NCBI RefSeq assembly: GCF_009914755.1
Contig: NC_060943.1
DNA length: 64,000 nucleotides
Source of the DNA: the human T2T-CHM13v2.0 reference genome, Homo sapiens
Direction: 5' to 3' (one strand)
Position 1 is the first letter of the stretch. Every line of letters begins with the position of its first letter. Positions 62,940 to 64,000 of the stretch are shown in pieces. The notes under the pieces were generated by a model. The model ran no database searches. It saw only the letters and a program-made list of their open reading frames with translations, and was not told the DNA's origin. Made by a program: the position numbers and the translations under genes.

Positions 62940-63075
62940 TGAACGGGGCGGGGGCAGGGGGTGGGGGTGGGAGTGGTATGGGGAGAGTGCCGGTCCTTAT
63001 CCAATCCTTGGCGCTGGAGCGGCAACCGCCCAATCAAGCGCGCAGTTGAAGAGGAGTGCATGGTTTCCGGCATTT
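62940..63075 (+). promoter_or_regulatory. CpG-rich KRAB-ZNF (ZNF91-subfamily-type) promoter
   Basis: GC box ggggcggggg at 62945, CCAAT at 63001 and 63030, ETS-type TTCCGG at 63065; CpG-rich through about 63580. Confidence 0.8.
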
Positions 63076-63246
63076 GGCTGGGCCTTTGTCTCTCGCTCCC
63101 ACCAGAGCTTGGAATCCGTCTCTGCTCTTCTGCATTCTCCACCTCGGGAGCCCCTGGGGACTGTGACGGCCTCTGTTGCCCTGTGATCTGCAGGTCCGGA
63201 GAGACGCACAGCTAAGATGTCAGGACATCCTGGAAGCTGGGAAAGG
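63070..63246 (+). other. ZNF254: First exon of a ZNF91-subfamily KRAB zinc-finger gene (donor GTGAGT at 63247)
   Basis: Family-typical 5'UTR (ggcctttgtctctcgct...cacagctaagatg.caggaca.cctggaagc) ending in a consensus donor; potential coding part 63217-63246 = MSGHPGSWER. The symbol is recalled locus context and unverified. Confidence 0.7.
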
Positions 63247-63594
63247 GTGAGTGTGCGGGGTTGGGCATCCCGAAAGGAGAGAGCGGGCTGTGAAACCGGC
63301 GGGACTGCCTTCGTCACCGCTCCCGGGTTTCCGACCTGAGGTCCCTGCTGGCGCAGTTCAGCCCCAGGCCCCTCTGGCCGCAAGATGGCGGCTGGGCCCG
63401 CAGCCGGGATCCCCGCGTTCAGCCCCGTCCCTGCGGCGCCCAGTCTGGAGCTCCCTGGGCAGCTCTGCATGCAGCCCCGAGTATTTCCCAGATTGTTCAG
63501 GGATGCCAGGCGGATCATCAGGGCGGAATCCTGACTTGGTGTGTGCGTGGCAGGAGCTGCGGCAGGTGGGGCTCCCGAGTCTCTTTTCTTAAAC

Positions 63595-63829
63595 ATTTTG
63601 TTTGTTTGAGACGGAGTCTTGCCCTGTCGCCCAGGCTGGAGTGCAGTGGCACGATCACTGCAACCTTCGCCTCCTAGACTCAAGCGATTCTCGTGCCTCA
63701 GCCCTCCGAAAAGCTGGGATTACATACCTGCGCCACCACGCCTGGCTAGTTTTGTATTTCTAGTAGAGAAGTGGTTTTGCCATGGTGGAAGCTGGTCTGG
63801 AACTCAAGTGATCCGCCCGCCTCGGCCTG
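63595..63829 (-). mobile_element. AluS, truncated, in intron 1
   Basis: Reverse Alu body ending at cctcggcct. Confidence 0.9.
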
Positions 63830-64000
63830 ACCGGGAAATAGAAGCCTGAACTCAGTGACTCAAGCTAAGGATAGTTTAGTTCTGCCGGCGGAGCCTCTCC
63901 TGCAGATGTCCCAGCCTGCTCACAATAGCCATGGACAGAACCTTCATGCTTAGAGAAGCTGCAGAGCCCTGAAAATCTATACATCCACAGGCAGATGCAG

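Noticed and set aside
62997-63683. 228-aa minus-strand ORF over the CpG-rich region
   Set aside because: It starts in an Alu and runs through GC-rich promoter/intron sequence, with no recognisable domain.

Overview
Human genomic DNA (an AluYa5 with all five diagnostic bases is present) with the architecture of the 19p12 ZNF91-family KRAB-ZNF cluster. From recall only (unverified), it fits the RNA5-8SP4 / distal ZNF254 interval. No intact protein-coding gene lies wholly inside the window. In order: a 2.9-kb polypurine tract (0.6-3.5 kb); about 15 kb of old complex beta-satellite with higher-order structure (3.7-18.8 kb); a triplicated 1.5-2 kb unit carrying a 32-bp CCAAT minisatellite and an LTR18-like LTR (18.8-23.9 kb); a roughly 10-kb fossil rDNA unit on the minus strand; an L1/HERV-K/AluY mosaic; Alu-dense DNA with a full-length L1PA3/4 that retains the ZNF93-target segment; a degenerate inverted duplication; and a KRAB-ZNF promoter and first exon at about 63 kb. 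The fossil rDNA comprises partial ITS1, 5.8S, ITS2 and most of 28S. It is followed downstream by about 5 kb of spacer-like repeats holding roughly 55 co-oriented 35-bp units, each built around a Pol I terminator Sal box (AGGTCGACCAG). This preserved and amplified terminator array, nested in an Alu-monomer-derived repeat, is the most notable element. Coordinates were read by eye and repeat edges are approximate.
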